Origin: Nonlabens ponticola
GTDB taxonomy: Bacteria; Bacteroidota; Bacteroidia; Flavobacteriales; Flavobacteriaceae
Length of the DNA stretch: 32,000 nucleotides
Assembly: GCF_003966335.1 (NCBI RefSeq)
Contig: NZ_CP034549.1
Span: 2,220,001 to 2,252,000, forward strand
Direction of reading: 5' to 3'
A program made the position numbers and the translations under genes. Positions 16,940-25,423 of the stretch are shown here, one piece after another (positions within the stretch are counted from its first letter, which is position 1; the number at the start of each line of letters is the position of its first letter). Under the pieces are notes generated by a model that was not told the DNA's origin, searched no databases, and worked only from the letters and a program-made list of their open reading frames with translations.

Positions 16940-18748
16940 ATGGCAACAGAAACAGCAGAAAAAAAGATGATACGCGGTGGACAGTTCATTGTAACTGAAA
17001 CGGCTGCGGAAGATGTGTTCACACCAGAGGATTTCTCTGATGAGCAGAAAATGATGAAAGAGTCGGTAACCGAGTTTGTCGACAAGGAAATTGTACCGCA
17101 CAAAGAACGTTTTGAGAAGAAGGACTATGCACTCACTGAAGAAGTAATGCGCAAGGCCGGTGAGATGGGCTTCCTAGGAATCGCCGTACCAGAAGAATAC
17201 GATGGTCTAGGAATGGGCTTTGTCTCAACCATGCTAGTTTGTGACTACATTTCTGGCGCTACAGGTTCTATTGCAACCGCGTTTGGTGCGCATACAGGAA
17301 TTGGTACCATGCCTATTACCTTGTACGGAACTGAAGAACAAAAGAAAAAGTACGTTCCTAAACTTGCCACTGGTGAGTGGTTTGGAGCATACTGTTTGAC
17401 TGAGCCGGGTGCTGGATCTGATGCCAACTCTGGTAAAACAAAAGCAGAACTTACCGAAGATGGTAAGCATTATAAGATCAACGGTCAAAAGATGTGGATC
17501 TCAAATGCGGGTTTCTGTAATGTATTTGTGGTTTTCGCACGATTAGGTGAAGACAAAAACATCACTGGTTTTATCGTTGAAAATGATCCTAGTAATGGTA
17601 TTTCTATGGGTGAAGAAGAGCACAAGCTTGGTATACACTCTTCCTCTACTCGTCAGGTATTTTTCAACGATACCATGGTACCAGTAGAAAATATGCTTGC
17701 TGGTCAAGGTGAAGGTTTTAAAATCGCGATGAATGCCTTGAACGTAGGTCGTATTAAGCTGGCTGCTGCCTGTCTAGATGCACAACGTCGTGTAATCTCG
17801 CTTGCAACGCAGTATGCTAATGATCGTGAGCAGTTCAATACGCCGATTGCTAAGTTTGGTGCGATACGCAAGAAGATTGCTGATATGGCAACCAATGCTT
17901 ACGTAGGTGAAAGTGCATCATATCGAGCAGCAAAAGACATTGAAAACAGAATCCATAAGCGTCAGGAAGAAGGTGCCACTTTCGCGGAAGCGGAATTGAA
18001 AGGTGTAGAAGAATTTGCGATTGAGTGTTCTATTCTTAAAGTTGCGGTTTCTGAAGATATGCAGGAATGTAGTGATGAAGGAATTCAGATCTACGGTGGT
18101 ATGGGCTTTAGTGCCGATGCACCAATGGAAGCTGCCTGGAGAGATGCTCGTATCTCACGTATCTATGAAGGTACTAACGAGATCAATCGTATGCTAGCCG
18201 TTGGAATGTTGGTAAAGAAAGCTATGAAAGGTCATGTAAACTTACTAGAGCCAGCAATGGCTGTAGGTCAAGAATTGACTTCGATCCCATCATTTGATAC
18301 ACCAGATTATTCTCAACTATTTGCAGAAGAGAAAGAAATGCTCAAGAAGCTGAAAAAAGTATTCTTGATGGTGGCTGGTAGCGCTGTACAAAAATTAGGT
18401 ACAGAACTAGAGAAGCACCAACAATTGCTACTTGCTGCATCTGATATCTTGATTGAGATCTACATGGCAGAAAGTGCGATTTTGAGAACTGAGAAAAATG
18501 CAAACCGTTACGGCGAAGAATCTCAGAAAGAACAAATCGCCATGTCTCAGTTGTATCTATATAAAGCTGCAAAAATCATTCAGGCGAGAGCTGAAGAAGG
18601 TATCGCAGGTTTTGCAGAAGGCGACGAGCAACGCATGATGCTGATGGGCTTGAAACGTTTTGCAAAATACGCTAACTTACCTAACGTAATCGAGTTGAGA
18701 AACATCATCGCAGATAAAGTAACAGAAGAGAATAAATACCCATTCTAG
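16940..18748 (+). CDS. fadE: Long-form acyl-CoA dehydrogenase (FadE-type, 602 aa)
   Basis: ACAD motifs are present: CLTEPGAGSDA, KMWISNAG, QIYGGMGF and the RIYEGTNEI catalytic Glu region. There is an extra C-terminal helical domain, as in about 600-aa FadE proteins. Confidence 0.9.
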   Translation: MATETAEKKMIRGGQFIVTETAAEDVFTPEDFSDEQKMMKESVTEFVDKEIVPHKERFEKKDYALTEEVMRKAGEMGFLGIAVPEEYDGLGMGFVSTMLVCDYISGATGSIATAFGAHTGIGTMPITLYGTEEQKKKYVPKLATGEWFGAYCLTEPGAGSDANSGKTKAELTEDGKHYKINGQKMWISNAGFCNVFVVFARLGEDKNITGFIVENDPSNGISMGEEEHKLGIHSSSTRQVFFNDTMVPVENMLAGQGEGFKIAMNALNVGRIKLAAACLDAQRRVISLATQYANDREQFNTPIAKFGAIRKKIADMATNAYVGESASYRAAKDIENRIHKRQEEGATFAEAELKGVEEFAIECSILKVAVSEDMQECSDEGIQIYGGMGFSADAPMEAAWRDARISRIYEGTNEINRMLAVGMLVKKAMKGHVNLLEPAMAVGQELTSIPSFDTPDYSQLFAEEKEMLKKLKKVFLMVAGSAVQKLGTELEKHQQLLLAASDILIEIYMAESAILRTEKNANRYGEESQKEQIAMSQLYLYKAAKIIQARAEEGIAGFAEGDEQRMMLMGLKRFAKYANLPNVIELRNIIADKVTEENKYPF

Positions 18749-18771
18749 AATAACTAAAATGTGAGTGAGAG

Positions 18772-18802
18772 AATGCCTTGGAGAAATTCAAGGCATTTTT
18801 TT
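18772..18802 (+). terminator. Rho-independent terminator of the fad operon
   Basis: AATGCCTTG-gagaaatt-CAAGGCATT is followed by a T-run (tttttttatt). Confidence 0.8.
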
Positions 18803-18816
18803 ATTCCCGTAATCAT

Positions 18817-18891
18817 GTCATGCTGAACTAGCTTCTGCATCTCACCATGTCTTTGTTAGAATTTAAGAAGCTGAAATAAACTCAGCTTGAC
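18817..18891. repeat. Inverted pair of hairpin repeat elements (family GTCAWGCTGA..TTTCAGCWTC)
   Basis: gtcatgctgaactagcttctgcatctc (18817-18843) and gaagctgaaataaactcagcttgac (18867-18891, reverse orientation). Both are related to the copies at 20681-20707 and 20774-20800. Confidence 0.8.
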
Positions 18892-18972
18892 AATAGACAA
18901 CAGTATAAAGTTGCTGAGCTTTACCGATACACCACTTAACAATTCCCTAAGGAGAAATCAGCCTGTAACCAA

Positions 18973-18980
18973 TACATTTG
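18973..18980 (+). promoter_or_regulatory. Candidate -7 box TACATTTG for the mscS-like gene
   Basis: The sequence matches TAnnTTTG and ends 28 nt upstream of the ATG at 19008. It overlaps the TTG start used by the ORF track, which argues for the ATG. Confidence 0.35.
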
Positions 18981-19007
18981 CAAAAAATTAAAAGACCAAA
19001 ACCAAAC

Positions 19008-19814
19008 ATGGAAAATTTCAATACAGAAACCGTTGTCAATCTAGTTTTAGAATACGGTATACCTGTCTTAAAAGCTTTATTAATCTATATGATTGGCGCT
19101 TGGCTTATCGCTAAGGCGGTAAGGATTACGAGCAAAATCATGGAGAAGCGCGAGTATGAAGAAACGCTGCGCAAATTCTTGCTTAACATCATACGTTGGG
19201 GTTTATGGGTATTATTATTGGTGACTGTGGTAGGCACATTAGGAGTCGAGACCAGTAGTTTTGCTGCCGTTCTTGCTGCTGCAGGTCTTGCTATCGGTTT
19301 AGCTCTGCAAGGTTCGCTGTCTAATTTTGCAGGCGGCGTGCTGTTATTATTGTTTAAGCCATTCAAGGTTGGCGACACGATTGAGGCTCAGGGCATTACA
19401 GGAACCGTCAAGGAAATTGACATTTTACAGACCAAGGTTTTACAGTTCTCAAAAAAGCTAGCGATCATTCCTAATGGTCCATTACTCAATGGGAACATCA
19501 TCAATTTTGATACAGAAGGTATTTTGCGTGTAGAAACCCAGATAGGCGTAAGCTATGATGCAGACCTTCCTGCTACCCTAGATGCGCTGCGCAAATTGTG
19601 TACAGATCATCCGCTCACGCTGGAAGATCCTGCGCCTATTGTTGAAGTAGTCACTAACGCTGACAGCAGCATTAATATCCTAGTACGACCTTATACCAAA
19701 ACCGAAGATCACTGGACTGTTTTCTTCTATTTACAGAAGAACTTCAAACCAACGCTAGAAGCTATTGGTGTTGAGATTCCATTTCCGCAAATGGATATAC
19801 ATCGCAAGAATTAA
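19008..19814 (+). CDS. mscS: Small-conductance mechanosensitive channel (MscS family)
   Basis: I prefer the ATG at 19008. The pore-helix and beta-domain signature is AAGLAIGLALQGSLSNFAGGVLLLLFKPFKVGDTIE..G..GTV.EI.....K.......L.IIPNG. Confidence 0.85.
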   Translation: MENFNTETVVNLVLEYGIPVLKALLIYMIGAWLIAKAVRITSKIMEKREYEETLRKFLLNIIRWGLWVLLLVTVVGTLGVETSSFAAVLAAAGLAIGLALQGSLSNFAGGVLLLLFKPFKVGDTIEAQGITGTVKEIDILQTKVLQFSKKLAIIPNGPLLNGNIINFDTEGILRVETQIGVSYDADLPATLDALRKLCTDHPLTLEDPAPIVEVVTNADSSINILVRPYTKTEDHWTVFFYLQKNFKPTLEAIGVEIPFPQMDIHRKN

Positions 19815-19821
19815 TAAAAAT

Positions 19822-19853
19822 AAAATCCCGATCTATCGGGATTTTATTTTTTT
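19822..19853 (+). terminator. Rho-independent terminator after mscS
   Basis: The near-perfect palindrome AAAATCCCGATctATCGGGATTTT is followed by ATTTTTTT. Confidence 0.8.
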
Positions 19854-19886
19854 ACCTTTAAAAGAAGCTATCCAAAGCATGACCAA

Positions 19887-20546
19887 ATGAAATACCACAT
19901 AGAACTTCTAGACTTTAGCAGTATTGATGAGATCAAGGACAAATGGTCGCATGATGATTATGTGAATCTGTTGGAGCTTATTGAATTTGGCGATACAGGC
20001 GATGCAGATGATCAAGATTTAAAGGAATTGTTGTTCTTATCGCTGTCAGAAATGGAACCTCAAGAAGCTGCAGAGATCGTACTGCGTTACAAATTTAAAG
20101 ATGAATTGAATGATGGCCAGTATGAGCAGATTTCAAACGACATGCTCAAAGAAAACGTGGCAGAACATTACTCTGATATCTCGTTTCACAGCAGGCTCTT
20201 TGATGTGAACGTATTTCTGTACAAAGCCTTTAACGGCACTTTTCCTCACGCCAAAGCCAGCGTGATCAAATTCAAGGCTGCTACCAAAAACCCGCAAGCT
20301 GCTACGCTTGATGAGGCGGATGCGCTGCGATTGTTGAGTCATGGTATACAGGCACGATCTATTTTTCAGCGTCTGTACAGCAAGCAATTGAGTGGCGAGG
20401 AAGATTTTGACGAGGCGCAACACATAGCGTGGTATTTTGAAAATCTGGGCGACGACACCTATCAATTGATCACGTCAGACTACTGGATCAGTAAAGACGA
20501 GATGATCGCTGGCGAGTTTGACGCCACCTTGCCAGAATCTGATTGA
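19887..20546 (+). CDS. Hypothetical acidic protein (219 aa)
   Basis: This is a clean ORF with no competing frame. The protein is very Asp/Glu-rich, has no signal peptide or transmembrane segment, and belongs to no family I recognise. Confidence 0.6.
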   Translation: MKYHIELLDFSSIDEIKDKWSHDDYVNLLELIEFGDTGDADDQDLKELLFLSLSEMEPQEAAEIVLRYKFKDELNDGQYEQISNDMLKENVAEHYSDISFHSRLFDVNVFLYKAFNGTFPHAKASVIKFKAATKNPQAATLDEADALRLLSHGIQARSIFQRLYSKQLSGEEDFDEAQHIAWYFENLGDDTYQLITSDYWISKDEMIAGEFDATLPESD

Positions 20547-20590
20547 TGACTATACGGCTGCCTTTCTACTACAATGTTTTTAAGGTTTGC

Positions 20591-20604
20591 GCTTTCGCGA
20601 AAGC
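20591..20604. repeat. Exact palindrome GCTTTCGCGAAAGC, copy 6 (intergenic; the extended 22-nt near-palindrome ttgcGCTTTCGCGAAAGCgtaa spans 20587-20608)
   Basis: Direct read. It lies 45 nt after the stop at 20546. Confidence 0.95.
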
Positions 20605-20680
20605 GTAACTGTCATTATCATCCTGCAAGCGATTAGCTGATGGATCTTACACAAGTCTCACTAGAGTACGTGACAGGCGT

Positions 20681-20800
20681 GAGAAGTTGAAATAAATTCA
20701 GCTTGACAAGTCCAAGTAAGTTTTCTTATGCTTACTGGTCTCAGTATCGCAAACTGATAAGAAAGCTCATTCTGTCATGCTGAATTTATTTCAGCATCTC
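20681..20800. repeat. Second inverted pair of the hairpin repeat family
   Basis: gagaagttgaaataaattcagcttgac (20681-20707, reverse orientation) and gtcatgctgaatttatttcagcatctc (20774-20800). The two copies match at 24/27 positions once one is reverse-complemented. A degenerate third copy may exist near 20612-20655. Confidence 0.8.
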
Positions 20801-20915
20801 GAGTATGCTTAAATCACACTTAATATCCTAAACTAAGTCAAAGTGACCGTAGAATTTGCTCTAACGCCCTCAATTCATAGCAGCATCTTTATATCTTTAG
20901 GGAAATTTTTACTTC

Positions 20916-22253
20916 ATGCGACCTTATTTACTCTTTTTACTTTTACCGCTATTATCATTTTCACAACTGCCGTCAGATCATCAGATGGATCTCTACAATA
21001 TCATCGACGAGGTAAGTGCAGATCGTATTGAGAAGGATGTGCGCAAATTGGCTGGTTTTGGAACGCGTAATACGTTTTCAGACACCGTTTCAGACACTCG
21101 TGGTATTGGTGCTGCACGTCGCTGGATCAAGGCAGAATTTGATAAAATCAGTGCCGACTGTGGTGGTTGTCTAGAGGTTTTCTATCAGAAGGATTTTGTG
21201 ACTACAGATATGGGTAGCCGTATTCCTAAAGATGCTTATGTGGTGAACGTGATTGCCATACAGCGCGGCACGACCAATCCTAATGATTTTGTGATGATGA
21301 GCGGCGACATTGACTCACGAGCCAGCGACACCATGGATTTCACGACTGATGCGCCTGGCGCTAATGATAATGCTAGCGGTATGGCAGGAACTATTGAGGC
21401 TGCAAGAGTGCTGAGCAAACGCACCTTCAAAAATTCCATAGTCTACGTAGGATTGAGCGGTGAGGAACAAGGGCTTTTTGGCGGTAAAGGACTAGCTAAC
21501 TATGCCGAAAAAAATAATTGGAATGTCATAGGATTTTTGAATAATGATATGATAGGAAACATACAAGGCGTTGATGGCGTAATTGATAATCGTGAGTTTA
21601 GAATCTTCTCTGAGCCAACTGATCCCACCGAAACAGATCGCCAGCGTGGAGCTCGCAGGTTCTACGGCGGCGAGGTTGACGGAATTTCCAGACAATTGGC
21701 CAGATATTTGCACAACAGTGTACAAACGTACATGCCAGAGATGCGACCTATGATGGTGTATCGATTGGACCGTTTTGGCCGTGGTGGTCATCACAGACCT
21801 TTTAATGATCTAGGTTTTGCGGGTATACGCATTATGGAAGCTCATGAAAACTACACACAACAACACCAAGACATCAGGACAGAAAATGGAATCGCCTATG
21901 GCGACGTCGTAGAGCACGTGAATTTTCCTTATGCAAGAAAGCTTACCGCTGTTAATGCTATCAATCTAGCACAATTGGCTTGGGCACCTACCCGACCGCA
22001 AAATGTCAAAATAGGCGGTATTGTTGAAGCCAATGCAAAATTGAAATGGGATGCCGTCAAGGGTGCAGCTGGTTATAAGGTGTACTGGCGAGATACTACG
22101 AGTCCAACTTGGGACCATTCTAGATATGTAGGCAATGTGACAGAATTTGAACTGGAAGGCATCGTGATCGATAACTTTTTCTTTGGCGTGGCGGCCGTCG
22201 GCGCCGATGGTGTCGAGAGCATCGTTTCGTTTCCATCTGGTATCATGAGATAA
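20916..22253 (+). CDS. Secreted M28-family zinc aminopeptidase with a C-terminal fibronectin type III-like domain
   Basis: The signal peptide is MRPYLLFLLLPLLSFSQ. M28 metal-ligand blocks are GDIDSR, APGANDNASGMAG, LSGEEQGLFG and NNDMIGN. The C-terminus (W..V.GAAGYKVYWRDTTSPTW) is FN3-like. Confidence 0.85.
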   Translation: MRPYLLFLLLPLLSFSQLPSDHQMDLYNIIDEVSADRIEKDVRKLAGFGTRNTFSDTVSDTRGIGAARRWIKAEFDKISADCGGCLEVFYQKDFVTTDMGSRIPKDAYVVNVIAIQRGTTNPNDFVMMSGDIDSRASDTMDFTTDAPGANDNASGMAGTIEAARVLSKRTFKNSIVYVGLSGEEQGLFGGKGLANYAEKNNWNVIGFLNNDMIGNIQGVDGVIDNREFRIFSEPTDPTETDRQRGARRFYGGEVDGISRQLARYLHNSVQTYMPEMRPMMVYRLDRFGRGGHHRPFNDLGFAGIRIMEAHENYTQQHQDIRTENGIAYGDVVEHVNFPYARKLTAVNAINLAQLAWAPTRPQNVKIGGIVEANAKLKWDAVKGAAGYKVYWRDTTSPTWDHSRYVGNVTEFELEGIVIDNFFFGVAAVGADGVESIVSFPSGIMR

Positions 22254-22276
22254 CTAAAATAAGATTGAAGAAGAAA

Positions 22277-22302
22277 ATACCCGATAATGGGTATTTTTTT
22301 TT
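22277..22302 (+). terminator. Rho-independent terminator after the M28 peptidase gene
   Basis: The hairpin ATACCCG-ATAA-TGGGTAT is followed by nine T residues. Confidence 0.75.
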
Positions 22303-22348
22303 GTCATAAATTGAAGGAGTTTTGAACTGAACCCAAAAAGCCATTTAC

Positions 22349-22702
22349 ATGAGTCAATCAAATTCTCTAATCGTTGTATCTGAAGATACTTGCTATAATC
22401 CTGTAAATATTTATTCTAAAAATGGAATACATGTCATCGCATTTTTTGAATGGAGCGATAAGTTTTCATTTGCATCTGTTGTTTTTAGTCAAATGCCAGG
22501 CGATAAACAAGTAGGAAAGGTAAAGTTTCAAAATGAAATGATACATATCACATTGGAACAAGGCGCCAAACCTTTGAAAACATTTAATCTTAACAAAAAA
22601 CTTGAAAAAAATAAAGAATATCCTACTGTAATCGACTTAAATGATCACAAGATTGAAGATCCTACCGTCAGTGGCGGCACTATTATAAGAAGGAATCCTT
22701 GA
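22349..22702 (+). CDS. Hypothetical small protein (117 aa), coupled to the downstream sensor kinase
   Basis: The ORF has no competing frame. Its TGA (22700-22702) shares one base with the kinase ATG (22702-22704). It has no signal peptide and belongs to no family I recognise. Confidence 0.5.
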   Translation: MSQSNSLIVVSEDTCYNPVNIYSKNGIHVIAFFEWSDKFSFASVVFSQMPGDKQVGKVKFQNEMIHITLEQGAKPLKTFNLNKKLEKNKEYPTVIDLNDHKIEDPTVSGGTIIRRNP

Positions 22703-24474
22703 TGATTAAAAAAGTATTATTCATCATCATTGTGCTGTTTCTATCGTGGCAAACCTTTGGTCAGGCAAGTCTTTTGGATAGCATTCAAAAAAAACATGAT
22801 GTTGGTGCTTATAAAGATGGCAGAAAAATTTTATTGGAAGTAGATACCACGGACTTCACAGAATTACAAAAAAGCAAATACTTGTATGTTCACGCTATTT
22901 CACACATCAATATTGAAGGTGAGATGCAAGAGACTTACAATACTCTATTGAATGCTAAAAAGTTAGTTGGTGAAAGAGATTTGTCACTTCTGTTTAATAT
23001 AAATGATGAGCTTATTTATTCTCAATATTCATTGGTACAGGTAGAAAGTACTGCTAATGAGTTAATGGATGAGAATTGTGCCATTGCTCAAATAATTAAA
23101 AAACCCGATGCACTTATAGGATGTAATTCTTATAAATACATGCGTATCGACGACGATGATCCTTTAGAATATGAAAAAAAACTTGCGTTATTGCATGATT
23201 CAAGGTCACTAGCTTTTAATGCTAATTTAGACCGAGTAGAAGGAAATATGTTAATAAACATAGCTACTACACACGAATTGGGGCAGCGATTTGATTCGGC
23301 GCTATACTATTACAATAAATCAAAACAGTTTGTTGAGAAAAAAAATTATGCGCCAACTACTATAGTTTATTATTCGAATCTAGGATATACCTACATACAA
23401 TTGAAAAGGTATGATGAAGCCATAGAGGTTTTGAACAAAGCTTTGGAGCTATCTGAAGCTCAAGATTTACAACCTAATAAGTCCAAAATATTGATGAATC
23501 TAGCGACTGCCTATGAGAGATCAAATGATTATCAAAAGAGTTCTGAAACTTATCAGAAAGTGATAGCCTACTCAAATGAAAAAAATGAAACGGTTCGTTT
23601 CAACAACTTACAAGAACTAGAAACCAAATATCAAGTCCAAGAACGCAAACTAGAAAACGCAGAACTAGCAGCAGAAAACGAGCGGCAAACCACGATGACA
23701 ATAGCCGTTGCAGGCAGCGCTTTAACCCTGTTTCTTATAGGTGGTTTTGTGTATAACAATCAACGCAAGAAAAAGCGACTCGCAGAGCAAGAAGCCGAAC
23801 TTGAAAAGCAACGCGCCGACAACCTTTTGAAAAACCAAGAGCTCGCTACTATAGACGCGATGATCACAGGCCAAGAGAAGGAACGCCGCAAAATTGCTGG
23901 AGAATTGCACGATGATCTAGGCAGTTCTATGACAACTATGCGATTGTATTTTGACCAGATAAGCAACAGCCTGAAAACGAGTGAAGATCAAGATATATAC
24001 AACCGCACCAAGGCGTTGCTTGACGATACTTATCAAACGGTACGCAGCATGTCACACCGCATGCATTATGGCGTGATGGCTAGTAAGGGTCTGGTACCAT
24101 CAGTGCAATCTCTAGCACAACGTATTAGCGACAGCAAGGCTATACAGATTGAGGTGATCACACATAAAATGGATCGTAATCTAGAGAACTCGCTGGAGCT
24201 CAATATTTTCCGTATCGTTCAGGAGTTGCTGAGCAATATTGTAAAGCATGCTGGTGCAAAACACGCAACCGTCAACCTTATAGGAGGTGATGATAGCATT
24301 CACATCATGGTAGAAGACGACGGCCATGGTTTTGATACGACTTTAAAACGCAAAAAAGAAGGCATGGGATTGTACAGTATAGAAACTCGGCTTGAAGACA
24401 TCGATGGTACTGTAGAAGTGGACAGCACCATCAATCACGGCACTACCGTAACCATTGAAATACCCTTAATATGA
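22702..24474 (+). CDS. TPR-repeat sensor histidine kinase (HisKA_3/NarX-DegS type)
   Basis: I prefer the ATG at 22702. The protein has a signal peptide or TM1, TPR-like repeats (YYSNLGYTYIQLKRYDEAIEVLNKALEL, LMNLATAYERSNDYQKSSETYQKVI) and a TM helix (MTIAVAGSALTLFLIGGFVY). It also has a coiled coil, the H-box EKERRKIAGELHDDLGS, and HATPase N/G boxes (LLSNIVKHA, DDGHGFD, GMGL). Confidence 0.85.
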   Translation: MIKKVLFIIIVLFLSWQTFGQASLLDSIQKKHDVGAYKDGRKILLEVDTTDFTELQKSKYLYVHAISHINIEGEMQETYNTLLNAKKLVGERDLSLLFNINDELIYSQYSLVQVESTANELMDENCAIAQIIKKPDALIGCNSYKYMRIDDDDPLEYEKKLALLHDSRSLAFNANLDRVEGNMLINIATTHELGQRFDSALYYYNKSKQFVEKKNYAPTTIVYYSNLGYTYIQLKRYDEAIEVLNKALELSEAQDLQPNKSKILMNLATAYERSNDYQKSSETYQKVIAYSNEKNETVRFNNLQELETKYQVQERKLENAELAAENERQTTMTIAVAGSALTLFLIGGFVYNNQRKKKRLAEQEAELEKQRADNLLKNQELATIDAMITGQEKERRKIAGELHDDLGSSMTTMRLYFDQISNSLKTSEDQDIYNRTKALLDDTYQTVRSMSHRMHYGVMASKGLVPSVQSLAQRISDSKAIQIEVITHKMDRNLENSLELNIFRIVQELLSNIVKHAGAKHATVNLIGGDDSIHIMVEDDGHGFDTTLKRKKEGMGLYSIETRLEDIDGTVEVDSTINHGTTVTIEIPLI

Positions 24475-25094
24475 TACAGTTGATGATTGTTGAGGATCAT
24501 AAATCCTTGATTGACGGTCTGGAACTCCTGATCAAGAACGATCCTGATATTGAGGTGGTCGCCACAGCAACAGATGGAACTGAACTGCTCAAGATTCTAG
24601 AACATAAAAAAGCCCATTTGATCCTGACCGACATCAGCATGCCTAAGATGAATGGTATAGAATTGTGCACGCAGGTGAAAGAGAAATATCCAGCGGTAAA
24701 AGTGGTAGCGTTTACTATGTTTGATGATGCCACCGCTGTAAAGGATATGCTGCAAGCAGGCGCAGATGGTTACCTATTGAAAACCAGATCACTGCAAGAA
24801 GTGCTTGAATCTGTAAAAAAAGTAATGCAAGGCGAGACTGTGGTTGATGCCTCCATTGATCCTAAACTAGCGGAAAGCACTACTGTTATCGATGACGATA
24901 TTCTCTCACGCAGCGAGCGCGAGATACTCAAACTGATTGCCGCTGGCAATAATAGCACAGAGATTGCGGCCATACGCCACACAGCGGTAAGCACCATCCA
25001 CAAACACCGCAAGAACATGATCATGAAGCTAGGTTTGCATGGAAAAGGCGAGCTGCTGCGCTATGCGCTACAAAAACACGCGCATTACCGTTAG
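24471..25094 (+). CDS. LuxR/NarL-family response regulator
   Basis: The ATGA start overlaps the kinase stop. The receiver domain has EDH...D..LILTDISMPKMNG...K. The C-terminal LuxR helix-turn-helix is LSRSEREILKLIAAGNNSTEIA....S..T...HRKN...KLG. Confidence 0.9.
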   Translation: MIQLMIVEDHKSLIDGLELLIKNDPDIEVVATATDGTELLKILEHKKAHLILTDISMPKMNGIELCTQVKEKYPAVKVVAFTMFDDATAVKDMLQAGADGYLLKTRSLQEVLESVKKVMQGETVVDASIDPKLAESTTVIDDDILSRSEREILKLIAAGNNSTEIAAIRHTAVSTIHKHRKNMIMKLGLHGKGELLRYALQKHAHYR

Positions 25095-25211
25095 ACCAAT
25101 AGGTCATTCTTTCTTTTATGCGAGTCTTAATCACTTGCCATGAAGCAAACTAGCAGTGACTTAGAATGGTGTATCCTAGTTTGATTCTATAATATCGCAT
25201 GTAGTTTTTTA

Positions 25212-25225
25212 GCTTTCGCGAAAGC
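25212..25225. repeat. Exact palindrome GCTTTCGCGAAAGC, copy 7 (intergenic)
   Basis: Direct read: tttaGCTTTCGCGAAAGCgtaa. It lies 118 nt after the response-regulator stop. Confidence 0.95.
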
Positions 25226-25355
25226 GTAATCATCAACCATCATATCAAAAAATACCCAATAATGGGTATGGTATCGCCTGTCCTGCATCATTAATTTTAA
25301 CGTGTTCATTGAAAAATGAGCACTTGGGGAAAAGAGAGCAGATCTGTTCTCTTAT

Positions 25356-25387
25356 AACTACCAGGCCTGGTGTCTGGTAGTTTTTTT
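25356..25387 (+). terminator. Terminator-like hairpin plus T-run in an ORF-free spacer
   Basis: aaCTACCAG-gcctggtgt-CTGGTAGtt is followed by TTTTTTT. It is preceded by a second hairpin, AAGAGAGCAGATCTGTTCTCTT (25332-25353). Confidence 0.55.
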
Positions 25388-25415
25388 ATGAATTTATATG
25401 GATATGTAATTAATG

Positions 25416-25423
25416 TATCTTTG
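25416..25423 (+). promoter_or_regulatory. Candidate -7 box TATCTTTG
   Basis: The sequence matches TAnnTTTG and ends 22 nt upstream of the ATG at 25445. Confidence 0.3.

Noticed and set aside
19879-19890. A three-codon mini-ORF (ATG ACC AAA TGA) whose stop overlaps the ATG of the acidic orphan.
   Set aside because: It is too short to evaluate, and such overlaps arise by chance in AT-rich leaders. There is no supporting structure or conservation evidence available.
20843-21031. A 62-aa ORF (GTG start in the track) overlapping the start of the M28 peptidase gene.
   Set aside because: It is out of frame with the well-supported peptidase CDS, which has a canonical signal peptide starting at 20916, and it has no features of its own.
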